Source of the DNA: Eledone cirrhosa
Lineage: Eukaryota
Direction of reading: 5' to 3'
Assembly: GCA_964016885.1 (NCBI GenBank)
Contig: OZ024741.1
Coordinates: 29,946,001-30,010,000 of the forward strand
DNA length: 64,000 bases
Shown here one piece after another: positions 25,457-37,399 of the stretch; the first letter of the stretch is position 1, and each line of letters starts with the position of its first letter. A program made the translations under genes and the position numbers. The notes below the pieces were generated by a model. That model had not been told where the DNA came from, did no database searches, and worked only from the letters and a program-made list of their open reading frames with translations.

Positions 25457-26067
25457 ATGGTGGCTGCCAACTCGTTTTCGAGTACGGCCACTACTTTATA
25501 TCCATGTAGGAGAACCCCTACCGATGCGCTGAACGAGTGTGACTTTTTAGTCCAGCCAGCTACTTGAAAACTCTGGTACAAACACTACACTTGTGACAAT
25601 TATTGACACATAGTGCTAGGCCCATGGTACCATGTGACGACAAGTGCAGAGAGATCTCCAGATATAAAGCAATGCCTGTGCCGTGAAGCTTTTATAGTGA
25701 GCAAAGGCACTGCACAATGCCAGTCCCACTCTCTTAACCAAGATGATATTTACCAAAAAGAAGAACAACTCAACATCATTGGATACCATCAGGGTTGCAG
25801 GTGTTATATCAGAGTTTTCCTTCTCCTAGAATTCTGCCTTGACAAAGGCTAAGGGGTCATCTCTCCCGGTGAAATTGGATGACCATTGACTTTTAAGAGG
25901 TCCTTTGCCCTTTGACAGGTTTTGTTTTTAGTCCTGCAGGATGTCCAAAGTCACCCTCCTCACTAAGAAACCATGGTGGGGTTGCCAGTTTAGTCGCCAA
26001 CGACCCGACCATGAGACAGGTTGTACTGGGATACATGTTACCAGTAGCACCAACTGGTGACCTGACA
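25457..26067 (-). mobile_element. RTE-derived short element, longest copy (about 610 bp)
   Basis: Matches 24318-24724 plus about 200 bp of extra 5' sequence. Confidence 0.8.
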
Positions 26068-26092
26068 TAAATATATACATACATATATATAT

Positions 26093-26503
26093 ACATGGTG
26101 GCTGCCAATTCGTTTTCGAGTACGGCCACTACTTTATATCCATGTAGGAGAACCCCTACCGATGTGTTGAACGAGTGTGACTTTTTAGTCCATCCAGCGA
26201 CTTGAAAACTCTGGTACAAACACTACACTTGTGACAATTATTGACACATAGTGCTGGGCCCATGGTACCATGTGACGACAAGTGCAGAGAGATCTCCAGA
26301 TATAAAGCAATGCCTGTGCCGTGAAGTTTTTATAGTGAGCAAAGGCACTGCATAAAGCCAGTCCCACTCTCTTAACCAAGATGATATTTACCAAACATAA
26401 GAACAAGTCAACATCATTGGATACCATCAGGGTTGCAGGTGTTATATCAGAGTTTTCCTTCTCCTAGAATTCTGCCTTGACAAAGGCTAAGGGGTCATCT
26501 CTC
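26093..26503 (-). mobile_element. RTE-derived short element, adjacent truncated copy
   Basis: Repeat of 25457-25865. Confidence 0.8.
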
Positions 26504-26842
26504 TTACATATATACACACGTACATACACGCACATACATACACACATATATACACGCATACATACGCATGCACAAATATAGATATATGTACACACACCTA
26601 CATTCGCACACACACACATAATTATAAAAAAAAATATAATAATAAAAATGAATATAAAAATTATTATAAAGTTGACAGCGATACAGGCAACAAATAAATG
26701 AACAAACACACGTGGTAGCAATACACACAATTGCACATACACATACATACGTAAAAATAAATACATACACACACACACATACATATACATATACATATAC
26801 ACATACACACACATACACATATACATACACACAATCACATAT

Positions 26843-26887
<45 letters not shown>

Positions 26888-27356
26888 TATATACATACAT
26901 ATACACAAACACATACATACAAATACATATACACACATATGTATGTGTGTAAAACTCATTCTTAGATGTATTCATATGAACCTTGTTTAACTCTTAAATA
27001 AATATATATATATATATACATACATATATATATATACATACACACACACATACATACACATACACATACATACATACACACACACACACATATATAAATA
27101 TATATAAGAAAATACATAAATATTATTTATATATAAAAATAAAAAGTTGGGAATACGACAAATAATAAATAAATAAATAAATAGAAAAGGGTATAAATGT
27201 TTATAGCTAATTTAGAGCACTCAACAAGTTCTTGGAGCAAATGATCAATGAAAATAAGCATTAAATCACTGTATATAATTATGCATATACATACACACAC
27301 ACATATACATATATATATATACACACACAACCATACAAATACATACACATATACAT

Positions 27357-27406
<50 letters not shown>

Positions 27407-27455
27407 CGTAAAATAAGAAAATTTAAAAAGAAAAAAAATGTTTATAAAATTTTAA

Positions 27456-27535
27456 CTCCAACTAATTAGTTTCTGCAATGGGATAAAGACAGTTACGTAA
27501 TGAACCGTTGAGAATTTCATTGCGTCATCAGGGAG
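27456..27535 (-). ncRNA. HHR with long stem II loop (inverted unit)
   Basis: Reverse complement of 27961-28040. Confidence 0.78.
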
Positions 27536-27960
27536 GTCATTCTCAGCCGAGTCTCCAGGCGATGCGCGGACACTGGCGACTCATATAAAAATAATAATAA
27601 TTCGGTAAATGGAACAGCTATCGAGGACTAGATTCCAGCTACTGAAAGTTCTCACTGCCACTGATCATATGGCCGATTCTAAAGAATCAATCACGTGACA
27701 CAGAGGCTGCCAAAACCACTTCTAAAAATTTTTGTTTGGGGGGTGTTAGTAGGCGCTTGTCATCTTACCACCCCATTCCTACTGACTAGCCTCTGTGTCA
27801 CGTGATTGATTCTTTAGAATCGGCCATATGATCAGTGGCAGTGAGAACTTTCAGTAGCTGGAATCCAGTCCTCGATAGCTGTTCCATTTACCGAATTATT
27901 ATTATTTTTATATGAGTCGCCAGTGTCCGCGCATCGCCTGGAGACTCGGCTGAGAATGAC

Positions 27961-28040
27961 CTCCCTGATGACGCAATAAAATTCTCAACGGTTCATTACG
28001 TAACTGTCTTTATCCCATTGCAGAAACTAATTAGTTGGAG
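27961..28040 (+). ncRNA. HHR with long stem II loop, unit 1 (GUU site)
   Basis: CTCC-CTGATGA-c-GCAAT..ATTGC-a-GAAA-CTAATTA-GTT-GGAG. Confidence 0.8.
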
Positions 28041-28513
28041 TGAAAATTTAAGTAAGTTAATTTTTAAAAGGAATTTTTTTTTAAATTTTCTTATTTTACG
28101 TCTTTTATATTATTGTTCTGCATTCTCCTGCATCGAACCACCTAGGTACTATGACATAACCTGTGTATTTGCTGGCATTGGCGTACATCTGTGCGCTTAT
28201 GTTAGTAGATATATTAAATTATCTATATTTATCTCCAAATCACTGATTTGTCGAGCAAACCTGCCAAAACCACTTCTAAAAATTTTTTTTTGGGGGTGTT
28301 AGTAGGCGCTTGTCATCTTACCACCCCATTCCTACTGACTAGCCTCTGCGTCACGTGATTGATTCTTTAGAATCGGCCATATGATCAGTGGCAGTGAGAA
28401 CTTTCAGTAGCTGGAATCCAGTCCTCGATAGCTGTTCCATTTACCGAATTATTATTATTTTTATATGAGTCGCCAGTGTCTGCGCATCGCCTGGAGACTC
28501 GGCTGAGAATGAC

Positions 28514-28593
28514 CTCCCTGATGACGCAATGAAATTCTCAACGGTTCATTACGTAACTGTCTTTATCCCATTGCAGAAACTAATTAGTCGGAG
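28514..28593 (+). ncRNA. HHR with long stem II loop, unit 2 (GUC site)
   Basis: CTCC-CTGATGA-c-GCAATG(37 nt)CATTGC-a-GAAA-CTAATTA-GTC-GGAG. Confidence 0.85.
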
Positions 28594-29071
28594 TGAAAAT
28601 TTTAGTAAGTAAGTTAATTTTTAAAAGGAATTTTTTTTTAAATTTTCTTATTTTACGTCTTTTATATTATTGTTCTGCATTCTCCTGCATCGAACCACCT
28701 AGGTACTATGACATAACCTGTGTATTTGCTGGCATTGGCGTACATCTGTGCGCTTATGTTAGTAGATATAGTAAATTATCTATATTTATCTCCAAATCAC
28801 TGATTTGTCGAGCAAACCTGCCAAAACCACTTCTAAAAATTTTTTTTTGGGGGGTGTTAGTAGGCGCTTGTCATCTTACCACCCCATTCCTACTGACTAG
28901 CCTCTGTGTCACGTGATTGATTCTTTAGAATCGGCCATATGATCAGTGGCAGTGAGAACTTTCAGTAGCTGGAATCCAGTCCTCGATAGCTGTTCCATTT
29001 ACCGAATTATTATTATTTTTATATGAGTCGCCAGTGTCCGCGCATCGCCTGGAGACTCGGCTGAGAATGAC

Positions 29072-29151
29072 CTCCCTGATGACGCAATGAAATTCTCAAC
29101 GGTTCATTACGTAACTGTCTTTATCCCATTGCAGAAACTAATTAGTTGGAG
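29072..29151 (+). ncRNA. HHR with long stem II loop, unit 3 (GUU site)
   Basis: Same as units 1 and 2. Confidence 0.8.
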
Positions 29152-29569
29152 TGAAAATTTAGGTAAGTAAGTTAATTTAAAAAAAAATTTTTTTTTTTTT
29201 AAAATTTTCTTATTTTATGTCTTTTATATTATTGTTCTGCATTCTCCTGCATCGAACCACCTAGGTACTATGACATAACCTATGTATTTGCTGGCATTGG
29301 CGTACATCTGTGCGCTTATGTTAGTAGATATATTAAATTATCTATATATATATATATATTTCGTTTCTGAATTTGTTTAGCAAGACTCTTTATCTGAAAA
29401 CGTGTGTTGGAACCGATATTGTTATACTTTGGAAGGATCATGTTGCCAATAAGAAACACACGCACCAGTAGCTTTCACTTCAATTTATTATAATAAATTT
29501 ATAAATTTAGGAATTTATAAATTTCTGGTTGGTTGGTTGGTTCCACAACCAGATGATTGTTTATATATT

Positions 29570-29612
29570 GTCAAAGTTCTTTCGTCACACATTCTGTGAC
29601 CTCTTCAGTGAC
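29570..29612 (-). ncRNA. Type I hammerhead ribozyme (inverted pLTR, family E)
   Basis: GTCA-CTGAAGA-G-GTCACA(gaatg)TGTGAC-GAAA-GAA-CTT-TGAC. Confidence 0.8.
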
Positions 29613-29970
29613 AGGGGATTCTTTTCTTTGTTTTGTGCCTCTTCTTTGTTCTGTCCTACGCCATCTTGTTTTTGTGTTTGTGTTGTGTGCTTAGTTTGCG
29701 CATGTGATACATCCGGATGTATGTGTGTGTTTATATTCGTTTATTTATTTGTTTATTTATATGTTACTGGTTGGTTGTGTGTTCTATGTGCGTGGGTGTT
29801 TTCATTTTGTCCTTAATTGTAAGTTGTGATGTTGCTGTTCCACTCTTGTTTTCTATTTAATTTTGGTTGGAGTTCATTTATGTTTATTGCCTCTGTGATT
29901 TGTCTAAACATTGCATCTTTTCTGTCTGTAGATTCTATTTTTATTTCTATGTTCTCTAATTTACCCTTAT

Positions 29971-32560
29971 GTTCATAGGGAGACTATGGACAGAGAAAAT
30001 AATCAGGACGAACACACAGACACACAAAATAGAGTAGATAATAACAATGAGCCAGAGGAAAGAGACAGGAGTAATAATGAGAGACATAGAAACAACCATG
30101 AGGCTGTTGGTGGAAATAGAAATAGAAACAACACAACTAACAATAACAATAGCACTAGTACACATAAAGCAGCAGCCTGGAACTCTACTTTTTATAATCC
30201 TTCCGATAAGTCATTCGACCTGCGACGAGTCCACGCCACGACTTTAGCTTTTAACAAACGCACGCAATTGCCATCGCAGGTCGAAGAACAAACAGAAGCA
30301 CAATTTAGTATAGCTAGATCTAAACTTAGAAATATTATAGAACAGTATAGCAAGAAACATAATAGAATGGAGGCCCAGCAACTGGGAGAAAAATCTGCAA
30401 ATGGCTTGCGTAAGCTTATGCAGCGCTCGCGTAATGGAGAGATAACATGCTTTCCAACAGACAAGTCTGGCAGAATGTCTGTTGACAGTCTGCCAAACTA
30501 CATCCAGGCAATGCAACCCCACATCACTAACACAAGAGAAGTAACACCACAAGAGCATGAGGATAGGGAAAAAAGCCCTCAATGCCCATATGATGATGTG
30601 GACAAATATAATGCAGCCCAACAAAAGGACTGCCAACAACTTCCAGGCTTGGAACAATGACGTGCCAGCGTTGTATAGGCTTCGAAAAGACCATAAAACG
30701 AGCAATGACCCTGTCACAGGACCACCAATACGGCCAGTCTGTGGAGCTAACATTGCTAGTAACTACAGACTTTCATACTTCCTCTCCCTGATAATACGCC
30801 ACATCATTGAAATGTCCCCAGATGTATGTGACAACACGGAGGACCTCCTAAGCAGAATCGGTAAGAGTAACCGATCTAGGGACCTAACAAACTGCATAAT
30901 AGGTAGTATGGATGTTGTGTCCCTGTATCCATCTATTGACGTGGATTTTGCTGTGGAGAAATGCGTAGAAATGATCAGTGAGAGCAATATTGAATTCTGT
31001 GGGATTGATACCAGTGAGCTGGGACTCCTACTTTAACTTACCTATAGTAATAATTATCTAGATACATATGGCCTTAGCAACCTGTGCCCTACAAGACCAG
31101 CAAGAGGCAGACCACCTACCATTACCTCAATGGCCAAGAAAACCCACACAGATAGATGGTGGACCAGAGCCATACGGGTGGACCAGAGCCATACGGACCC
31201 CCGAAAACCACGATGAACTAAAGAAAATGATTGCACATGCGGTGGGGGCCAGCATAAAATTAACCCTTAAGGAACATATGTTCAAATTTAATGGAAAAAC
31301 ATATGCCCAAGAGGAGGCGGCAGCCATTGGTGTTAGCATTGCGTGCGACATAGCTAACCTATTCATGGTATGGTGGGACAGTAGACTTAAACTTAAACTT
31401 AAAGAACAATTAGAAGACCCTTAACCCTGACAATGTACTTCCGCTACGTTGATGATATAAACATCGTAGTTAAAACAACCCCACTAGAGAAAAATCAGGA
31501 GTTAGAGAAAAATACAATGGAAAGCATCCAGCAAATAGCTAACTCCATCCACCAGAGTATTAGAGTTACTATAGACTACCCAAGCAAACACCCCAACCAT
31601 CGATTACCTGTACTAGACAAAGAGCTCTGGTTAGATACCATCAATAACAAAATCAAATCCTCCATTCCCATTATGCCAAACCCATGACTTCCAAATACCT
31701 GATCAACCGAAACTCAGCTGTTTCGGACCATACAAAAATCAACCTACTTTTTGCGGATTTGGTACGGGTGATGAAAAACGTGTCCCGCATGTGCAACCCC
31801 GAAGAACTAGAGAGACACATACAACACTTCATCCACCGTATGCAGTTCTCTGGTTACAATCAGAGAGATACAAACAGAGTATATAGAGGAGCCAGAACCA
31901 AATGGGAAAAAATGGTAAATAACGACACAAATGGGACCTGCACCTTGTATAGGAGCAAATTTTGGAATAGAATAGAAAGAACTAGGAATAAGGCTAATAG
32001 AATAAACTCATGGTATGATAGCAATAAATACCATAGTGTAATGTTCATCGATACAACCCCTAGAGGTGAATTAGCTTACACATTTAGAAGGGCCATAGAT
32101 AAACATAAACTCAATATTAAGATAGTAGAAAGACCAGGTACCTCCATAAAAACACTTATTAGCAATACATACCCTTTTCAAAGACCTCCCTGTATAGATA
32201 AGAAATGTATAATCTGTAAATGAAGCCCCCATATTAACTGTAAAACTAGAAATGTAGTATATAGCATAAGATGTACTGATGGACAATGTAGAGATAAAAA
32301 TATAGTGTACATAGGTGAGACAGCTCGTAGTATAGGGGAACGGATAAATGAACACTGGAGAGACCTTCAAGATAGTCAAGAATCATCTGTACTCTACCAA
32401 CATGCTAAAATAGAAGATAAGGGTAAATTAGAGAACATAGAAATAAAAATAGAATCTACAGACAGAAAAGATGCAATGTTTAGACAAATCACAGAGGCAA
32501 CAAACATAAATGAACTCCAACCAAATTAAATAGAAAACTTGAGTGGAACAGCAACATCAC
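29971..32560 (+). pseudogene. PLE RT + GIY-YIG, multiply frameshifted
   Basis: PTDKSGRM, RKDHK..PIRPVCG, GSMDVVSLYPSI, AAIGVSIA..IANLFM, RYVDDI, LPVLD, CIDKKCIIC..VVY, YIGETARSIGERINEH. Confidence 0.92.
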
Positions 32561-32773
32561 AACTTACAATTAAGGAGAAAATGAAACACACACGCACATA
32601 GACCAAACAACCAACCAGTAACATGTAAATAAACAAATAAATAAACGAATATAAGCACACAGAGATACCCGGATGTAACACATACGCAAACTAAGCACAC
32701 AACACACACACAAAAACAAGATGGTGTAGGACAGAACAAAGGAGAGGCACAAAAACAAAAAAAATAATCCACA

Positions 32774-32816
32774 GTCACTGAAGAGGTCACAGAATGGGTG
32801 ACGAAAGAACTTTGAC
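32774..32816 (+). ncRNA. Type I hammerhead ribozyme (3' pLTR, family E)
   Basis: GTCA-CTGAAGA-G-GTCAC(agaatgg)GTGAC-GAAA-GAA-CTT-TGAC. Confidence 0.82.
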
Positions 32817-32963
32817 AATATATAAACAATCACCTGGTTGTGGAGCCAAACAACCAGAAATTTATAAATTCCTAAATTTATAACTTTATTATAATAAATT
32901 GAAGTGAAAGCAACTGGTGCGTGTGTTTCTTATTGGCAACATGACCCTCCCAAAGTATAACAA

Positions 32964-33004
<41 letters not shown>

Positions 33005-33011
33005 TAATAAT

Positions 33012-33257
33012 AAATTTCAAGACTAAAATCCAAAGAGGGCTCGATAAGGATAAATATATATCAAATATATAAGAACCGTAGAGCAAATATTTATTAAAAT
33101 AACAGATTAAAGTTTAAGCAAAGAATCGCTGGTTTCACCCTTAACGGGATCTTCTGAAACTAACAAAGTCAATCTGTAAACGCAGAAGTGGATATTTCAA
33201 AAAACGTCGCAACCGGAGGAAGACAGGAATACTTTAATCTGTTATTTTAATAAATAT
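33012..33257 (-). repeat. Solo family-B pLTR (HHR-like motif at 33111-33161) with a short fold-back end
   Basis: Reverse complement of about 12430-12655. Confidence 0.85.
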
Positions 33258-33379
33258 ATATATATATATATATATATATTCGTTTTCTCCTTCGCCGGTT
33301 GTTTCCCTAACCTCACTTTCATATTTCTTATATTTTGTTTTCAAATCCACATTTAATAAAATAAAAATACCATGTTTTA

Positions 33380-33437
33380 TTCATTCTGACGACTGAGAGC
33401 AGATATATCTGCTTTCAAAAAACCACTGGGAAATGAA
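33380..33437 (+). ncRNA. Degenerate HHR related to 25059-25117
   Basis: TTCATT-CTGACGA-c-TGAGAGCAGA(tata)TCTGCTTTCA-a-AAAA-CCACTGGGA-AATGAA; GAAA and the NUH site are mutated. Confidence 0.55.
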
Positions 33438-33624
33438 ATAATTATCTTATGTTGTTTTTTTAGATAACTATATATATATATATATATCATAAAACATGTC
33501 TATAGAATCACAAGATAAAATATATACTATTTCCTCTCCCAATTAGCATAATTAACTATATAAAAATCGAATAGACCAGGCTATACGAATGAGGCTTCTA
33601 TGAAGGAATCTCCGACAAATAACC

Positions 33625-33699
<75 letters not shown>

Positions 33700-33701
<2 letters not shown>

Positions 33702-33919
33702 ATTAAATAAATGGAAACTATATTTATAAAACCATATTTATTTCGTTATATATATTTCAGGGATATCATATTAACAATATGTTATGCCTTCTTCAGACAA
33801 AATACAATATAATATCCATTTATTTAATATCATAAATATACTCCAAATACTTGTTGAGTGCTTTTATATCAGTTATAAATATTTACTCGTTGTTAACTCA
33901 ACAATTTAAATATAACTTT

Positions 33920-33920
<1 letters not shown>
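33700..33920 (-). repeat. pLTR-like fragment with HHR motif (33745-33802); related copy at 62093-62465
   Basis: Minus strand CTGAAGA-AGG...CCT-GAAA-TAT-ATA; flanks shared with the 62.1-62.5 kb copy. Confidence 0.6.
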
Positions 33921-34013
<93 letters not shown>

Positions 34014-34705
34014 GTATGTATATATATATATCGCTCTGTATAATCAGTCCCTGATTATTACTGGAATTCTATAAGAATCCAGCCTCTATACTTTTCAACA
34101 AAGGTCGGCGAGTTCTAAGCTCTAATGAACACCACAGTGTGAAACAGATCTCTCAGCTTATCACCCTTCCCTTGTTGAAAAAAGAAGTAAGTGACAATGG
34201 CTCAATGAAAAAAACTTTTCCGAGCCGATGAACACTAATATAAACCTACATGTGTTCGAATAGTAAGCACCAAGTTTGCTTATGTGAAAAAATCCTAACT
34301 ACACCAATATGGTTTGTCAGAATTAATTTTAAATATTAAATTATAAAAAATAACAGACCTATATTGGGCAATTGCCTGGTAACAACTAGACAGTTTTGGA
34401 GACTGTTGCGCAACATCTTATTAAGTGAAGTCCATTCTTTTCTCTGCTCGTCAGTAATTGTTGAAAAATTGGTGATCCTTCCACTTCTAAAAATATTATA
34501 GACTGAATTACGTGCGGTAAGAATTATCACACGTGTCATCGGAACCCAGCATGTCTCGAAATTCCATGCTGCTAAAAATAGCAGCCTGGCTCTACATGAT
34601 GGAGCCGACAAATATAAACTGAGTTAGAAACTCAGAGTAGTCTCTCACAATTAAAATGCTCTAATAAAAAAGCTTTTCCGAGCCGTACAATAAAATTGAA
34701 TAAAC

Positions 34706-35102
34706 AGAATAATGAAAACTATATTCAAAACATTTTATTGCTGACAATCGTTTATTCCAAACGTTTGTTTGGAATCATTCACTCTTTCTATACGTTTGCA
34801 TATGTACCACTAATCTCCTCATTTTGCGAGTAACTTTATTCTTTAATTCCTCTATAATTGTTTTATTATTCTTTTATAATCTTTGTCGCATCCACTGATA
34901 CGGATCACTCACATCATCTTGACTCTTTAAATATGGCACTGGCAATGAGTATACTAACATCTACATATCCTTACGATTGTCCTGTGGACTAGGAGGTTAA
35001 TTATATGTCTAAACTTTGCTATTGCTCCGATGAATCCAACCGAAAGTTTGGAAGAAACGATTGTCAAAAATAAAATGTTTTGAACATAGTTATGATTATT
35101 CT
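34706..35102. repeat. Roughly 55 bp imperfect inverted repeats, MITE-like
   Basis: agaataatgaaaactatattcaaaacattttattgctgacaatcgttt / aaacgattgtcaaaaataaaatgttttgaacatagttatgattattct. Confidence 0.55.
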
Positions 35103-35233
35103 ATAATTTATATTCCGGCTCTGTAAAACATCTGATGTATTTACATTGAGCTATTTTTCTTACTGGTAATAAAGTAGTAATGAAATACTGAACTTTCCTG
35201 TTTATAATTATATATAGTGCTTATATAAGTATA

Positions 35234-35287
<54 letters not shown>

Positions 35288-35945
35288 GGCGACCTACGTA
35301 GGAAATCGTATTATCGTGAGCGCCGCAATGGTTTGTTGTTTTCAGTTGTTTAAAATTGCCATTTATGGGAATTTTTTATTGTTAACTGTATATAAGTGCA
35401 CATACATTGTTTTCTGAAAAGGACACTCAAAAAGATTGGGGCCTTGAGCCCAAAATTTAAACTTTTATAGTTATCAAACAAAAATTTCTTTGAAAAAATC
35501 ATGGACGACTCACAGTTACACCTTCCTCACAAACTAACACCTCACACCGACACCCCAATGGAAATATTACTACGTTTGCCAACACTAAAAATATAAGCAG
35601 TAGCAATAATTTAAATTTGTCTCATGCAGACATTCATTTCCCGCCATTACCAATGACTGCAGGTGTTGAAGCCGCCAGCCCCCACCATCACCACAGCGAC
35701 AACAGAAACAAAAGAAAAAAATAAATTATCTCGTGACATCCAAATGGATTCACCCACAATGGACTCTTCCACACCGATCACCACTGACGCTACCACCACC
35801 ACAACTGAAACTAAAAATAACAATAACAAAAATAACGATAACAACAACAGCACCAACAACAATGAGAGTAAGAAAACCACCATGTCTTTTGCCAGAGCAG
35901 CAAAAAAGTGCAAATCAATCCAGGTAATTAGATGAAGCCAAGAGA

Positions 35946-37147
35946 ATGGTAAAGAAAGATGGACTCAGGGTCAGTTCCCCCCCCCCCCCCCGACCTAGTA
36001 AAATGGAGCATCGGCGCCTATGCACCATGTCTTATCGGACGATTAACATAAAATCGCGCCGAGTGGAACGGGCATCCGAGTCTCAAATCCAAAAAGCTTT
36101 AGGACATGTGTGGGCAAAAAAACCCCCACATCAGACGTGGGCAGGAATATGGAACCGTGGACGTGTTCTTTGGAACACCACAAGAGGCCAGAGAACACTC
36201 CATGGCCCCATTAACACTCGTCCCAAGCTATTGTGGCCAGAGACTCGTGAGAATCAGGGTGACCCACGTTCCACCGGCCATCGAAATTCCATGGCTAATG
36301 GCTGCCGTCCTCACCGGCATCGAGGCCAACACCAAGATAATCTAAATAGCAAAAGAAAAGCAGGAAAACTGGTCCGGATCTGGCATAGAGCTCCTGATGC
36401 AAGCGGACCAAAAAAGCATTGAGGAGATCCCAGAGGTAATGGACCTCACTGACGGCAGCCACCTCACCGTAATCGTCGAGGGCAGAAGGCCTAAGTGTGT
36501 CATTTGTGGTGAAGGAACCCACCTAAGGGCTTTCTACCCTCAGGCTAAAAGGTTGAGGCCACCTCTCTTACCCACTCCAGTGACTCAACCATCAACACCA
36601 CCAGCAGCAGAAACGGCAGCAACAACTGTAGCAGCAACAACAGAAGCAACTGGAACAGCAACAACCCCAGCAACAGTACCAAAACCACCACCACCCAACG
36701 CGCTAGAACTAGCACCAGCGCCTACACTATCCACCACACCACACCAAAACCAACATCTGTCGCGGATTTTCACTCCCCGACCTATCGCAACTGGAAACAG
36801 ATTGTGACGACGAGGAGTAGGAAACGGTATCAGGAAAAAAGTAAAAAAGAAAAAGAAGCCAAAAAAGAAAAATCCTCTTCCTTCCCCCTCCAAAAAACAA
36901 AATACAGAGGGAAACAAATAAACTATCAAACAAAAAAGTTAGGACACCTATGCCACCATCCACACCAACATCACCAACGATATCACCACAAACACCAACA
37001 CCATCACCATCATTAACCCCAACACCACCATCACCAACACCACAAAAGTCACCAAAAAGCGAAACAGAAACAAACCCACAACAAAGACAAACAAAACAAA
37101 ACAAACAAAACGATACACACTACACATTAAATTTGAACAACCAATGA
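35946..37147 (+). pseudogene. LINE ORF1 (zinc knuckle + Pro/Thr-rich tail), frameshifted
   Basis: VIVEGRRPKCVICGEGTHLRAFYP (degenerate CCHC). Confidence 0.7.
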
Positions 37148-37399
37148 TTACACTACATCCAACACAACACCAGCATCACAGAAAAAGACTACACAACACC
37201 CCAAATGTTCACACCACCTCCACACATACAAATCACTCGCATCACACAGAAAACGTACACGACACTAAAACAAAAAATCCCCAACAATCACTTCCGACAA
37301 GCACTCTCCAGGAGAATTTATAAGGACATCCTTCCGGAGGAGGCCACAAGCAGTAAAACGGATGGAGAAACCATCCTTCTTCTACGAGAAGTAAGGTAA

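Larger units (their letters stand above)
27398..29345. mobile_element. Non-coding tandem array (about 3 x 555 bp) with one HHR per unit, preceded by an inverted partial unit; retrozyme-like or tandem pLTR
   Basis: Units start ctgccaaaaccac at 27707, 28261 and 28818; 27398-27708 is the reverse complement of 27788-28110. Confidence 0.92.
29416..32966 (+). mobile_element. Penelope-like element family E with a 550 bp inverted 3'-end copy at its 5' end
   Basis: 29416-29970 is the reverse complement of 32417-32966. Confidence 0.92.

Noticed and set aside
27707-29345. CRISPR-like array
   Set aside because: Units are 555 bp near-identical repeats with no unique spacers; eukaryotic context, no cas genes
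35663-35935. Thr/Asn-rich ORF as an independent gene
   Set aside because: Lies within the LINE 5' region and is probably the frameshifted start of ORF1
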